From contig JAADGI010000019.1 in the NCBI GenBank assembly GCA_013152415.1, forward strand, positions 65,592 to 129,591: a stretch of DNA of 64,000 nucleotides. Reading direction: 5' to 3'. A model generated the notes under the pieces. That model was given only the letters and a program-made list of their open reading frames with translations. It searched no databases and was not told where the DNA came from. This DNA is from Gammaproteobacteria bacterium. GTDB lineage: Bacteria > Pseudomonadota > Gammaproteobacteria > HyVt-429. How positions within the stretch are numbered: the first letter of the stretch is position 1; each line of letters starts with the position of its first letter. This document shows, piece after piece, positions 54,528 through 64,000 of this stretch. A program made the position numbers and the translations under genes.

Positions 54528-55475
54528 TTAGCCTTCTTCCTTTACAGGCGCCTTTTTGCTCACTGTCTTTTTCTTGACCACTTTTTTAGCGGTTTTTTTA
54601 ACCGCCTTGGTGGCAAGCTTTTTGCTAACAGCAACCTTTTTCTTGACGACTTTTTTCTTGGGTTTATCGCCTTCAGCATCTTTTGCTGTGGACGCCTGTT
54701 TGTCTTTTTCAACTTCGGCTAAGACTTCCTCAGCGTCATCGCTATCCATTTCCACGTACTCTTCTTCCTTACGCCCTGGCAACTGTACCGCTGCAGCTTC
54801 CTGACCCGCGATCACAGCATCTGCCGCCGCCGAAACATATAAACTAATCGCACGAGTAGCATCATCATTCCCCGGAATCGTATAGTCCACATCATCGGGG
54901 GCGCAATTGGTATCCACCACTGCGATGACTGGAATTTTGAGCTTTTTGGCTTCGGCAACCGCGATATTTTCATGGCCAATATCGACAACAAACAGGGCAT
55001 CGGGCAGCTTCTCCATATCCTTGATGCCAGCAAGACTACGGTGCAGCTTGCTACGCTCCCGATCCAGTTTCAAAACCTCCTTTTTGGCCAGTTTCAGCAA
55101 ACTGCCATCCTCACCCATGGCCTCAAGTTCTTTGAGACGACGAATGGAATTTTTTACCGTCTGAAAATTGGTCAACATCCCACCCAACCAACGGTGGTTG
55201 ACATAGGGGGAACCACAGCGGCTGGCCTGCTCGCCGATAATGGTGCCCGCCTGACGTTTGGTGCCAACAAACAGGACTTTGCCACCATTGGCAGCCAGTT
55301 TGTTCAAGAAGGTCATGGCCTCCTTGAGCATGGGCACGGTCTTTTCCAGATTGATGATGTGGATTTTATTACGTTCGCCAAAGATATACGGACGCATCTT
55401 GGGGGACCAATAGCGGGTCTGGTGACCGAAATGCACACCGGCCTCCAGCATTTGACGCATGCTGACATTACTCAT
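54528..55475 (-). CDS. rpsB: 30S ribosomal protein S2 with long acidic then Lys-rich C-terminal tail
   Basis: [37 protein letters not shown] before ATG 55475. Confidence 0.97.
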   Translation of the reverse strand: MSNVSMRQMLEAGVHFGHQTRYWSPKMRPYIFGERNKIHIINLEKTVPMLKEAMTFLNKLAANGGKVLFVGTKRQAGTIIGEQASRCGSPYVNHRWLGGMLTNFQTVKNSIRRLKELEAMGEDGSLLKLAKKEVLKLDRERSKLHRSLAGIKDMEKLPDALFVVDIGHENIAVAEAKKLKIPVIAVVDTNCAPDDVDYTIPGNDDATRAISLYVSAAADAVIAGQEAAAVQLPGRKEEEYVEMDSDDAEEVLAEVEKDKQASTAKDAEGDKPKKKVVKKKVAVSKKLATKAVKKTAKKVVKKKTVSKKAPVKEEG

Positions 55476-55490
55476 ATTCTTGACTCTCCG

Positions 55491-55577
55491 TTTCGGGTTT
55501 ATCCACCGTGGATTCAGACGCCAACCCCACGCCGCGCGTAGGGCACCCGGACGTCCGAATGAGGTCCACGTGAGTTT
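55491..55577 (-). ncRNA. rpsB leader (t44-type S2 autoregulatory RNA element)
   Basis: Minus strand ACTCACGTGG..CCGGGTGCC..GGGGTTGG..CCACGGTGGATAAACCC: GGGU and AAACCC motifs in the arrangement known for the gammaproteobacterial rpsB 5' UTR. Confidence 0.75.
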
Positions 55578-55689
55578 TAGGGGGCCTCGCTGATAATTCA
55601 GAAAGACCTGATTGACCCAGCCAACAGACTGGGAGAGCTCGTACTGACCCCTTTTGCACCCCGGACGCAAGCCTGGAAGGTGTAAAAAA

Positions 55690-55708
55690 GGCGCTGTCTT
55701 ATACCACA
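55690..55708 (-). promoter_or_regulatory. Extended -10 promoter of rpsB-tsf with GC-rich discriminator
   Basis: Minus strand TGTGGTATAA followed by GACAGCGCC, matching the conserved rpsB promoter of Gammaproteobacteria. Confidence 0.75.
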
Positions 55709-55786
55709 ATCACCCCCCACCCACAACGCTGGCCCTTGGGGCCATTTACCGGCATCATCCGGGGCAGCCCCTCCTTACAATTTTAG

Positions 55787-56050
55787 TGCCCCCCTCAGGA
55801 AGATCTGTGGGGAAAACTCGACGCAGGTAAACGACCAAGTGTATGATTTGAAGGCTGATACTCTCGCCAAGGCGCCAAGCGCGCAAAGGGAAAGCGGCTA
55901 ATGGTGGAAGTTGAATAAATCAAAACATTCTACCCCACAAGCAGTGACTCTGGACGTAACATAACAGGGGGCACCAAGGTCTGTAAGCTTGGCGCCTTGG
56001 CGAGAACCCATTATTCCCTCGAATAACCCACAGATTTCCCTGAAGAGGCA
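55787..56050. mobile_element. Most complete copy (5) of the element; MITE-like with imperfect terminal inverted repeats enclosing CGCCAAG arms
   Basis: Left TGCCCCCCTCAGGAAGATCTGTGGG versus reverse complement of right end TGCCTCTTCAGGGAAATCTGTGGG; inner arms 55862-55880 and 55987-56005 are a perfect 19-bp inverted repeat; no ORF. Confidence 0.7.
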
Positions 56051-56141
56051 AACTTTCACAAACTGGAACGGCTGCTGTCATGGCTCCCGAATATCATCCG
56101 TGATGCTAAAGACCGTTAGATCAACCTGAAGATCCAGAAAA

Positions 56142-56909
56142 ATGACCGTAGCAAAAAAAACTACAGAAGAAATTGAGAAGATGCGCACTGCCGGGCGTTT
56201 GGCAGCAGATGTACTGGTCATGATTGAACCCCATGTCGTCGCCGGTATCACCACGGGTGAATTAGATAAAATCTGTCATGACTACATCGTAGATAAACAA
56301 GACGCCATTCCAGCACCGCTCAATTATCATGGCTTTCCTCGATCCATCTGTACCTCGGTCAATCACCAGGTCTGCCACGGCATCCCGGGCAACCGGAAAT
56401 TGAAGAAAGGTGACATCATCAATATTGATATCACCATCATCAAAGAAGACTACCACGGCGACACCAGTAAGATGTTCTTCATCGGCACACCCTCGGTGCA
56501 GGCCAAACGCCTTAGCGAGATCAGCTACGACTGCCTTTGTCTTGGCATGGAAATGGTCAAACCTGGGGCCCATTTAGGAGACATAGGCTATCGTATTGAG
56601 CGTTATGCCAAAGACCACCACTGCTCTGTGGTACGTGAGTACTGCGGCCATGGTATAGGCCGTAGATTCCACGAAGACCCCCAGGTCCTGCACTATGGTG
56701 AGCCGGGTACAGGCTTGCAACTAGAGCCCGGCATGACCTTTACCATTGAGCCGATGATCAATGCCGGGCATCGGGCGGTCAAATTATTATCGGATAACTG
56801 GACGGTGGTGACACGGGATCACAGTCTATCGGCACAGTGGGAACACACTGTCCTGGTAACCGAAAATGGCTATGATGTGCTTACCGTCAGGCCGGAAGAG
56901 TCGTTCTGA
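56142..56909 (+). CDS. map: Methionine aminopeptidase type I
   Basis: CTSVNHQVCHGIP, DIT....YHGDTS, GHGIG..FHE, FTIEPM, AQWEHT. Confidence 0.97.
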   Translation: MTVAKKTTEEIEKMRTAGRLAADVLVMIEPHVVAGITTGELDKICHDYIVDKQDAIPAPLNYHGFPRSICTSVNHQVCHGIPGNRKLKKGDIINIDITIIKEDYHGDTSKMFFIGTPSVQAKRLSEISYDCLCLGMEMVKPGAHLGDIGYRIERYAKDHHCSVVREYCGHGIGRRFHEDPQVLHYGEPGTGLQLEPGMTFTIEPMINAGHRAVKLLSDNWTVVTRDHSLSAQWEHTVLVTENGYDVLTVRPEESF

Positions 56910-56994
56910 AAAACCAATCGATGACCCGGCCTTGAACTGCGCGGTGGCGATTCTTTCCCCATTTTAATCCTGGCCCAAAATATGGAATCTGGAC

Positions 56995-59679
56995 GTGTCA
57001 TTATCAAAAGCAAAGCTTTTCAATCCTAAAACGTTTGCTGCCGATTTGGATGGCGATCAGCCGCCCTTGGAAGTTTTTCGGTCCTGCCTCAAGCAAGGTC
57101 GGGAGACTCTACGTGCTGCGCATCTCAAGTCGGCCCCCGGCCAGGACATCGTCCATCACCACGCCTGGCTGGTAGACCAACTTCTGATCCAGGCCTGGAC
57201 CTTGTACCTGGAGAAACTGCAACCTACCCATGAGCTTGCACTTATAGCGGTAGGTGGCTATGGCCGCGGTGAACTGCATCCTGGTTCTGATGTGGATCTG
57301 ATGTTTCTGCTGCGCGGCAATCACCACAAAAAGATTCAACCCTTCAGTGAAGCCTTTCTGAGATTCCTATGGGATATGGGACTGGAAGTCGGTCACAGCG
57401 TACGTTCAATACAAGATTGCGCCAACGAATCAAGGAAGGACATTACCGTCGCCACCAATATCCTGGAATCACGATTGCTGCATGGCGACCCAAAACTGTT
57501 CCAGAAAATGTTGAAGGCCACAGCACCACCCAAAATATGGTCCTCCAAGGCCTTTTTCGAAGCCAAATGGCAGGAACAACTTAATCGCCACCACCGCTAT
57601 CACGATACCGCCTATAACCTCGAACCCAACCTTAAAGAAGGTCCGGGTGGGTTGCGCGACATACAGATGGTGGGTTGGGTAGCAAAACGCCATTTTTCGG
57701 TAGACTCCATTCATGACTTGGTGGGCCATGGATTTTTGACCGAAGAGGAATACCGGGGTCTTATACGGGGCAGAAATTTTTTATGGCGAATACGTAACGG
57801 ATTACACTTCCTCACTGATCGACGTGAAGATCGCTTGTTGTTTGATCACCAACGCAGCCTGGCCAAGGAATTTGGCTACAAAGATCGCCCAGGAAAACTG
57901 GCGGTAGAGCAACTCATGAAACGTTATTACAGGACAGTCAAGGAATTGGCCTTGTTAAACGAGATCCTGCTGCAAAATTTTCAGGAAGAAATACTGAACA
58001 CAGGCAAAACAAAAAAGATTAAAATCAACAGAAGGTTTAGAAGTCACAATGGTTTCCTGGAAGTCACCAGCGCGGCAGTCTTTGAGCACTCCCCCTTTGC
58101 CATGCTGGAATTATTTTTACTCATGGAGACTCGCCCTGAACTCAAGGGTGTGCGGGCGAGCACCATTCGTTTAATACAAAGCAATCTACACCGTATTGAC
58201 GCCCACTTCAGAAAGGATATCGCCTGCCGCAGCCTGTTCATGGAGATTATGCGCCAACCCCAAGGTATCACCCATTGTTTGCGGCGCATGAATGCCTACC
58301 GGGTCCTGGGCGCCTATCTCCCTAATTTTGGCCGCATCGTTGGCCAAATGCAGCATGATCTTTTTCATGTCTATACCGTCGATGAACATAGCCTGTTTGT
58401 GGTACGCAATTTACGCCGACTCGCAGTACCCGAATTCCAGCATGAATTTCCTCTCGAAAGCACAGTGATTAGCAACCTGTTTAAAACAGAACGACTCTAT
58501 ATCGCCGGCCTGTTCCACGACATCGCCAAAGGCCGGGGCGGTGACCACGCCAAACTGGGCGAAAAAGATGTTACCACCTTCTGCCGCCAGCACGATATGA
58601 GCACCTATGACACCCAGTTTATTGCCTGGCTGGTACGCAACCACCTCATTATGTCGTGGACCGCGCAACGTGAAGACATCTCTGACCCGGATGTGGTGAT
58701 GCGATTCGCCGAAAGAGTTGGGGAGCAGGAACGCTTGGATAATCTTTACTTGCTCACCGTTGCCGATATCCGCGGCACCAGCCCGAAGGTGTGGAATTCA
58801 TGGAAGGGCCGGCTATTGTCTCAACTCTATACCGCCACCACCCGAATCTTCAGGCGCGGCTTTAGCAACCCGATACGCATTGAAGAACGTGTGGCCGACC
58901 AAAAACAACAGGCCCTGGACATTGTTAACGGCTCCGGCGCCACCACTGACCACATACAGCAACTGTGGCAAACCTTGGGGGATACATATTTTGCACGCTA
59001 CGATGCGGAAAGCATCGCCTGGCACGCCCAATCTATTGCCCAAACCGAAGCAACCCGTTTACCCCTGGTCGCTGCGCGCTACCATCCCGAACATGAAGTC
59101 ATTGAGGTGCTCATCTACACCCCGGCTAAAACTGATCTGTTCACCACCCTCACCGGTGGCTTTGATCGCATGAATCTCAACATCGTCGACGCCCGTCTAC
59201 ACAGTTCTAGCGCGGGCTTTGCCCTGGATACTTTTGTGGTGCTGGACAATAGCGGCAGCGATCGGAGTCGTAATGAGTTTCTAAGTCATATCCAGGAGCA
59301 ACTCCACCAACAGATCCTGATACCCAAGGCGGGCAAACATCCCCTGCAAGTCAACTTGCCCAGGGCACTCAAGCAATTCCCTATCCCCACTCGCACCCAA
59401 TTCTCCGAATCTGCCAACGGCCTTACCACTGTACTCGAAGTCGTGGCACAAGACCGCCCTGGGCTTTTGCATCAGGTGGCGCTTGCCCTTCTGAGCTGCA
59501 AGTTGCGTGTCCAGACCGCCAAAGTGTCTACCTATGGTGAACGTGCCGAAGATATCTTTTTTATCACCGATCGTGACAATCGGCCTATCAGAGACCCACA
59601 ACTACGAACATGCGTGGAAAAGGAGATCGCCCAACGGTTGGGACAGACAACCCACCCACAGCATGATCTAGTGTTTTAG
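56995..59679 (+). CDS. glnD: PII uridylyltransferase / uridylyl-removing enzyme
   Basis: AVGGYGRGELHPGSDVD, EPNLKEGPGGLRD, HDIAKG, ACT domains (DRPGLL). Confidence 0.97.
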   Translation: MSLSKAKLFNPKTFAADLDGDQPPLEVFRSCLKQGRETLRAAHLKSAPGQDIVHHHAWLVDQLLIQAWTLYLEKLQPTHELALIAVGGYGRGELHPGSDVDLMFLLRGNHHKKIQPFSEAFLRFLWDMGLEVGHSVRSIQDCANESRKDITVATNILESRLLHGDPKLFQKMLKATAPPKIWSSKAFFEAKWQEQLNRHHRYHDTAYNLEPNLKEGPGGLRDIQMVGWVAKRHFSVDSIHDLVGHGFLTEEEYRGLIRGRNFLWRIRNGLHFLTDRREDRLLFDHQRSLAKEFGYKDRPGKLAVEQLMKRYYRTVKELALLNEILLQNFQEEILNTGKTKKIKINRRFRSHNGFLEVTSAAVFEHSPFAMLELFLLMETRPELKGVRASTIRLIQSNLHRIDAHFRKDIACRSLFMEIMRQPQGITHCLRRMNAYRVLGAYLPNFGRIVGQMQHDLFHVYTVDEHSLFVVRNLRRLAVPEFQHEFPLESTVISNLFKTERLYIAGLFHDIAKGRGGDHAKLGEKDVTTFCRQHDMSTYDTQFIAWLVRNHLIMSWTAQREDISDPDVVMRFAERVGEQERLDNLYLLTVADIRGTSPKVWNSWKGRLLSQLYTATTRIFRRGFSNPIRIEERVADQKQQALDIVNGSGATTDHIQQLWQTLGDTYFARYDAESIAWHAQSIAQTEATRLPLVAARYHPEHEVIEVLIYTPAKTDLFTTLTGGFDRMNLNIVDARLHSSSAGFALDTFVVLDNSGSDRSRNEFLSHIQEQLHQQILIPKAGKHPLQVNLPRALKQFPIPTRTQFSESANGLTTVLEVVAQDRPGLLHQVALALLSCKLRVQTAKVSTYGERAEDIFFITDRDNRPIRDPQLRTCVEKEIAQRLGQTTHPQHDLVF

Positions 59680-59920
59680 CAGGGTTCGAATATCGGCGCG
59701 GCACAGATGACGTGAGCCAGCTGAATCGGAGCCACAGTTGCCGTATACTCCGCCTCCAGCACGAACACCGCCCGACAAGACATTCCCCATGAACCCCATC
59801 TTTCAAAATGACATACTATCCACTTCAGGCGTCAGAAAATTCCTTTAAAACTGTTACACTGAATACGTCCCAAACAACCAGCCTCGCCGGCACAACACGC
59901 ACTCTGAGGAAGAGACACAC

Positions 59921-60742
59921 ATGAATGACACACAGCAAATCATAGAAGACGCATTTGAACGCCGCGCCGATATCACCCCTAGAAATGTGGAGACGCGAGT
60001 CAAAGATGCAGTTGTGGGTGCCATTGAAGAATTGGACCGGGGTAATGCACGGGTGGCGGAAAAACGTGACGGCCACTGGGTCGTCAATGAGTGGCTCAAA
60101 AAGGCGGTATTGCTCTATTTCCGAATCGAAGACAACCGCTTCATCAAGGGTGGATTTACCAATTACTTTGATAAGGTGCCCTCAAAATATGCCGACTACA
60201 GTTCACGAGACTTTCGCCAAGGCGGCAGCAGAATCGTCCCCCCCGCCTCGGTGCGTCATGGTGCCTACATTGCACCCAACGTGGTGCTCATGCCCAGTTA
60301 TGTCAATATTGGCGGTTATGTGGACGAAGGCTCCATGGTCGACACCTGGGCCACCGTCGGCTCTTGCGCCCAAATCGGAAAGAATGTGCATCTGTCCGGT
60401 GGCGTTGGCATCGGCGGTGTATTGGAACCCATTCAGGCCGCACCGACCATCATTGAAGACAACTGTTTTATCGGCGCCCGCTCCGAGGTGGTAGAGGGTG
60501 TTATCGTCGAGGCCGGTTCGGTCATCTCCATGGGCGTGTTCATCGGCCAGAGCACAAAAATTCTGGACCGTGCAAGCGGCGAGATCAGCTACGGCCGTAT
60601 CCCCGCCGGGTCCGTGGTGGTCTCTGGCTCCTTGCCCGCCAAAGACGGCAGCCACAGCCTGTACTGTGCGGTCATTGTCAAACGGGTAGATGAAAAAACA
60701 CGGTCCAAGGTAGGCATCAATGAACTGCTCAGGGACATTTGA
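59921..60742 (+). CDS. dapD: Tetrahydrodipicolinate N-succinyltransferase
   Basis: [32 protein letters not shown]. Confidence 0.97.
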   Translation: MNDTQQIIEDAFERRADITPRNVETRVKDAVVGAIEELDRGNARVAEKRDGHWVVNEWLKKAVLLYFRIEDNRFIKGGFTNYFDKVPSKYADYSSRDFRQGGSRIVPPASVRHGAYIAPNVVLMPSYVNIGGYVDEGSMVDTWATVGSCAQIGKNVHLSGGVGIGGVLEPIQAAPTIIEDNCFIGARSEVVEGVIVEAGSVISMGVFIGQSTKILDRASGEISYGRIPAGSVVVSGSLPAKDGSHSLYCAVIVKRVDEKTRSKVGINELLRDI

Positions 60743-60750
60743 TTTCATAA

Positions 60751-61914
<1,164 letters not shown>

Positions 61915-61950
61915 CAGAGTCAAGGCTAAACATCAGGGCGAATAGACTGC

Positions 61951-62709
61951 ATGAAAATCGAGATCGCAGGTATCACTGACACCGGTCAGCTACGCGAGCA
62001 TAATGAAGACAGTATCGCCACCGAACCCTCTATGGGGCTTGCGGTATTGGCTGACGGTATGGGTGGCCACCAGGCCGGCGAGGTGGCCAGCCAAATTGCC
62101 GTAGAGGCGGTAACAGAGAAGCTTGATCACTATCTGCAAGCGCAAGTAACTGGCCCGGAAGAAGATGAAACTAACGATGGCTATATTGAAAATCTGGTCC
62201 AAGCGGTCGAAGACGCCAATACCCAGATCCTGCGTATTGCCGAAGAGCGTCCTGAATGCCGAGGTATGGGAGCAACGATTGTCGCTGCCTTTTTTAGAAA
62301 TAATCAGTTTAGCGTCGCCCACTTGGGGGACTCACGTATGTATCGGCTACGCGGTGACTCACTGGAACAGATTACCGAAGACCACTCACTGGTTCAGGAA
62401 TTGGTCCGCCAGGGCATGTTGACACCGGAGGAGGCCCAGGGATCTCTAAACAAGAATCTCATCACCCGCGCCCTGGGTATTGAAGATGAAGTTAGCCCCG
62501 ATATTAACCAAGGCAAGACCGAAGAAGGTGATCTCTATCTGTTATGCTCCGATGGGCTCACCGACGTGGTCAACGATGAGCAAATACACCAGGCCCTGCA
62601 TAATGCCAATGGTGAGCTGAAAGAGAGTGCATCCAATCTGGTGGATATGGCCAACGAAGCCGGTGGCCCCGATAACATCTCCGTTATCCTGGTGCGCACC
62701 GTAAATTAG
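61951..62709 (+). CDS. PP2C-family Ser/Thr protein phosphatase (Stp1/PrpC-like)
   Basis: REHNED, ADGMGGH..GEVAS, HLGDSR, LCSDGL, GGPDNIS. Confidence 0.93.
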   Translation: MKIEIAGITDTGQLREHNEDSIATEPSMGLAVLADGMGGHQAGEVASQIAVEAVTEKLDHYLQAQVTGPEEDETNDGYIENLVQAVEDANTQILRIAEERPECRGMGATIVAAFFRNNQFSVAHLGDSRMYRLRGDSLEQITEDHSLVQELVRQGMLTPEEAQGSLNKNLITRALGIEDEVSPDINQGKTEEGDLYLLCSDGLTDVVNDEQIHQALHNANGELKESASNLVDMANEAGGPDNISVILVRTVN

Positions 62710-62818
62710 GGCCCAGGCACCATCGTACTGGCTGCTTGTGGGCAATACTTAGCGCAAAAATGCAAAAGGATCTATGCCCGCGAACGGATGCAGAATGTAA
62801 GATGGTTTTCGACATGCA

Positions 62819-62893
62819 CTCTCGCCAAGTACGCAAAGCAAAAAACGGCTGATGACAGAAAATAAAAACAAATCCTTGGCGACTTGGCGAGAG
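62819..62893. repeat. CGCnAAG-unit element, copy 6 (PP2C-radA convergent gap)
   Basis: CTCTCGCCAAGTACGCAAAG ... CTTGGCGACTTGGCGAGAG with an A-rich spacer. Confidence 0.8.
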
Positions 62894-62937
62894 CCAAGGA
62901 ATCATCTAGTGCAATTTTGATTATTTTTTTGATTATT

Positions 62938-64000
62938 CTAGGGAAACATCTGCTCCAAGGCCTGTTCCAAACGCTCCACCGCCATCACCTCGATACCTTT
63001 GATTTGCCGTTTAGGCGCGTTGGCAGCGGGTATCACGGCCCGTTTAAAGCCCAGCTTGGCCGCCTCCCGCAACCGGTCCTGGCCCCGCTGTACCGGGCGT
63101 ACTTCGCCGGCCAATCCCACCTCACCGAAGATGACCAAGCCTTCGGTAATGGGCCGATCACGCAGGCTCGATACTACTGCAGCGAGGATGGCCAAATCGG
63201 CGGCAGGCTCTGACACCCGTACCCCGCCGACCGCATTCACAAATACATCCTGATCGTTTAGGGCCACGCCACCGTGACGATGCAGCACCGCCAGCAGCAT
63301 GGCCAGACGACTCCCCTCCAGCCCGACCGTGAGCCGCCGTGGGTTACCCAGGGAGGTCGCATCCACCAGGGCCTGGATCTCAACCAATAAGGGCCGACTG
63401 CCTTCCTGGGTGGCGAGAATGGTGCTGCCAGATACCGCTTTTTGATGGTGGGTCAAAAACAGTGCCGAGGGATTACCCACCTCTCGCAGCCCGGTCTCGG
63501 TCATGGCAAAGACACCGATCTCATTGACCGCACCAAAGCGATTTTTGATGGCACGGATGATTCGGAATCGACTGTCGGTGTCGCCCTCAAAATACAACAC
63601 CGTATCCACCATATGCTCTAGCACCCGTGGTCCGGCGAGGTGACCGTCCTTGGTTACGTGCCCTATGAGCAAGACCACGGTCCCGGTCTGTTTGGCATAG
63701 CGCACCAGTTGGGCGGCGCACTCGCGTACCTGGGCCACACTGCCTGGTGCAGATTGGAGAAACTGGGTATAGAGGGTTTGTATGGAATCCACCACCATGA
63801 TGTCGGGCCTTAGCTTATTGGCCGCCGCCAGGACTTGCTCGACCTGATTGTGGGCAAACAACTGCACCGCATCGGCACTGACACCGATGCGCTGTGCCCG
63901 CAACGCCACCTGCTGAGCCGACTCCTCGCCAGTAACATACAAGGTACGGGTGTGTTGGCTCATGTGGGCCAAACATTGCAACACCAAGGTCGATTTGCCG
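62938..64000 (-). CDS. radA: DNA repair protein RadA/Sms (5' part beyond window end)
   Basis: GKSTL at the window edge, YVTGEES, KNRFG motif, Lon-like C-terminal domain (GEVGLAGEVR). Confidence 0.96.
   Translation of the reverse strand, partial: GKSTLVLQCLAHMSQHTRTLYVTGEESAQQVALRAQRIGVSADAVQLFAHNQVEQVLAAANKLRPDIMVVDSIQTLYTQFLQSAPGSVAQVRECAAQLVRYAKQTGTVVLLIGHVTKDGHLAGPRVLEHMVDTVLYFEGDTDSRFRIIRAIKNRFGAVNEIGVFAMTETGLREVGNPSALFLTHHQKAVSGSTILATQEGSRPLLVEIQALVDATSLGNPRRLTVGLEGSRLAMLLAVLHRHGGVALNDQDVFVNAVGGVRVSEPAADLAILAAVVSSLRDRPITEGLVIFGEVGLAGEVRPVQRGQDRLREAAKLGFKRAVIPAANAPKRQIKGIEVMAVERLEQALEQMFP

Noticed and set aside
55476..55709. 78-aa N-terminal extension of S2 in the ORF track
   Set aside because: The region is the promoter and leader RNA; the RBS supports ATG 55475.
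55910..55921. GTTGAATAAATC resembling part of the IS903 terminal repeat
   Set aside because: Only 12 bp, internal to the element, unpaired and lacking the GGCTTT start; likely chance.

Overview
Core chromosome of a gammaproteobacterium (class inferred from gene order and protein style; lower rank not determinable here). Most of the 64 kb is conserved housekeeping synteny: rpoE-rseA-rseB-degP-lepA-lepB-DUF4845-rnc-era-recO-pdxJ-acpS; nadB; sdhCDAB-sdhE-ygfX divergent from ygfZ; rpsB-tsf-pyrH-frr-uppS-cdsA-dxr-rseP-bamA-skp-lpxD-fabZ-lpxA-lpxB-rnhB-dnaE-accA-tilS-pyrG-kdsA-eno-ftsB; map-glnD-dapD-dapE; a PP2C phosphatase; and partial radA. There are two accessory stretches. The first (1-5.5 kb) holds a Ser/Thr kinase start, an outer-membrane beta-barrel, MscS, a His-motif membrane protein, an ATP-grasp enzyme, an atypical A-type Fe-S carrier and a divergent YggX. 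The second (22.9-29.8 kb) holds an orphan NarL-type regulator, CheW, an MCP, a Kef-type antiporter and a hypothetical gene. No rRNA, tRNA, CRISPR array, prophage or transposase gene was seen. The most striking unexplained signal is non-coding: a dispersed family of inverted-repeat elements built from short CGCCAAG-type tandem units (six paired copies plus one solo arm). They sit at junctions of housekeeping genes, have copy-specific spacers and arms that co-vary within a copy, and three copies share an outer MITE-like terminus. All calls come from reading the sequence, without database searches.
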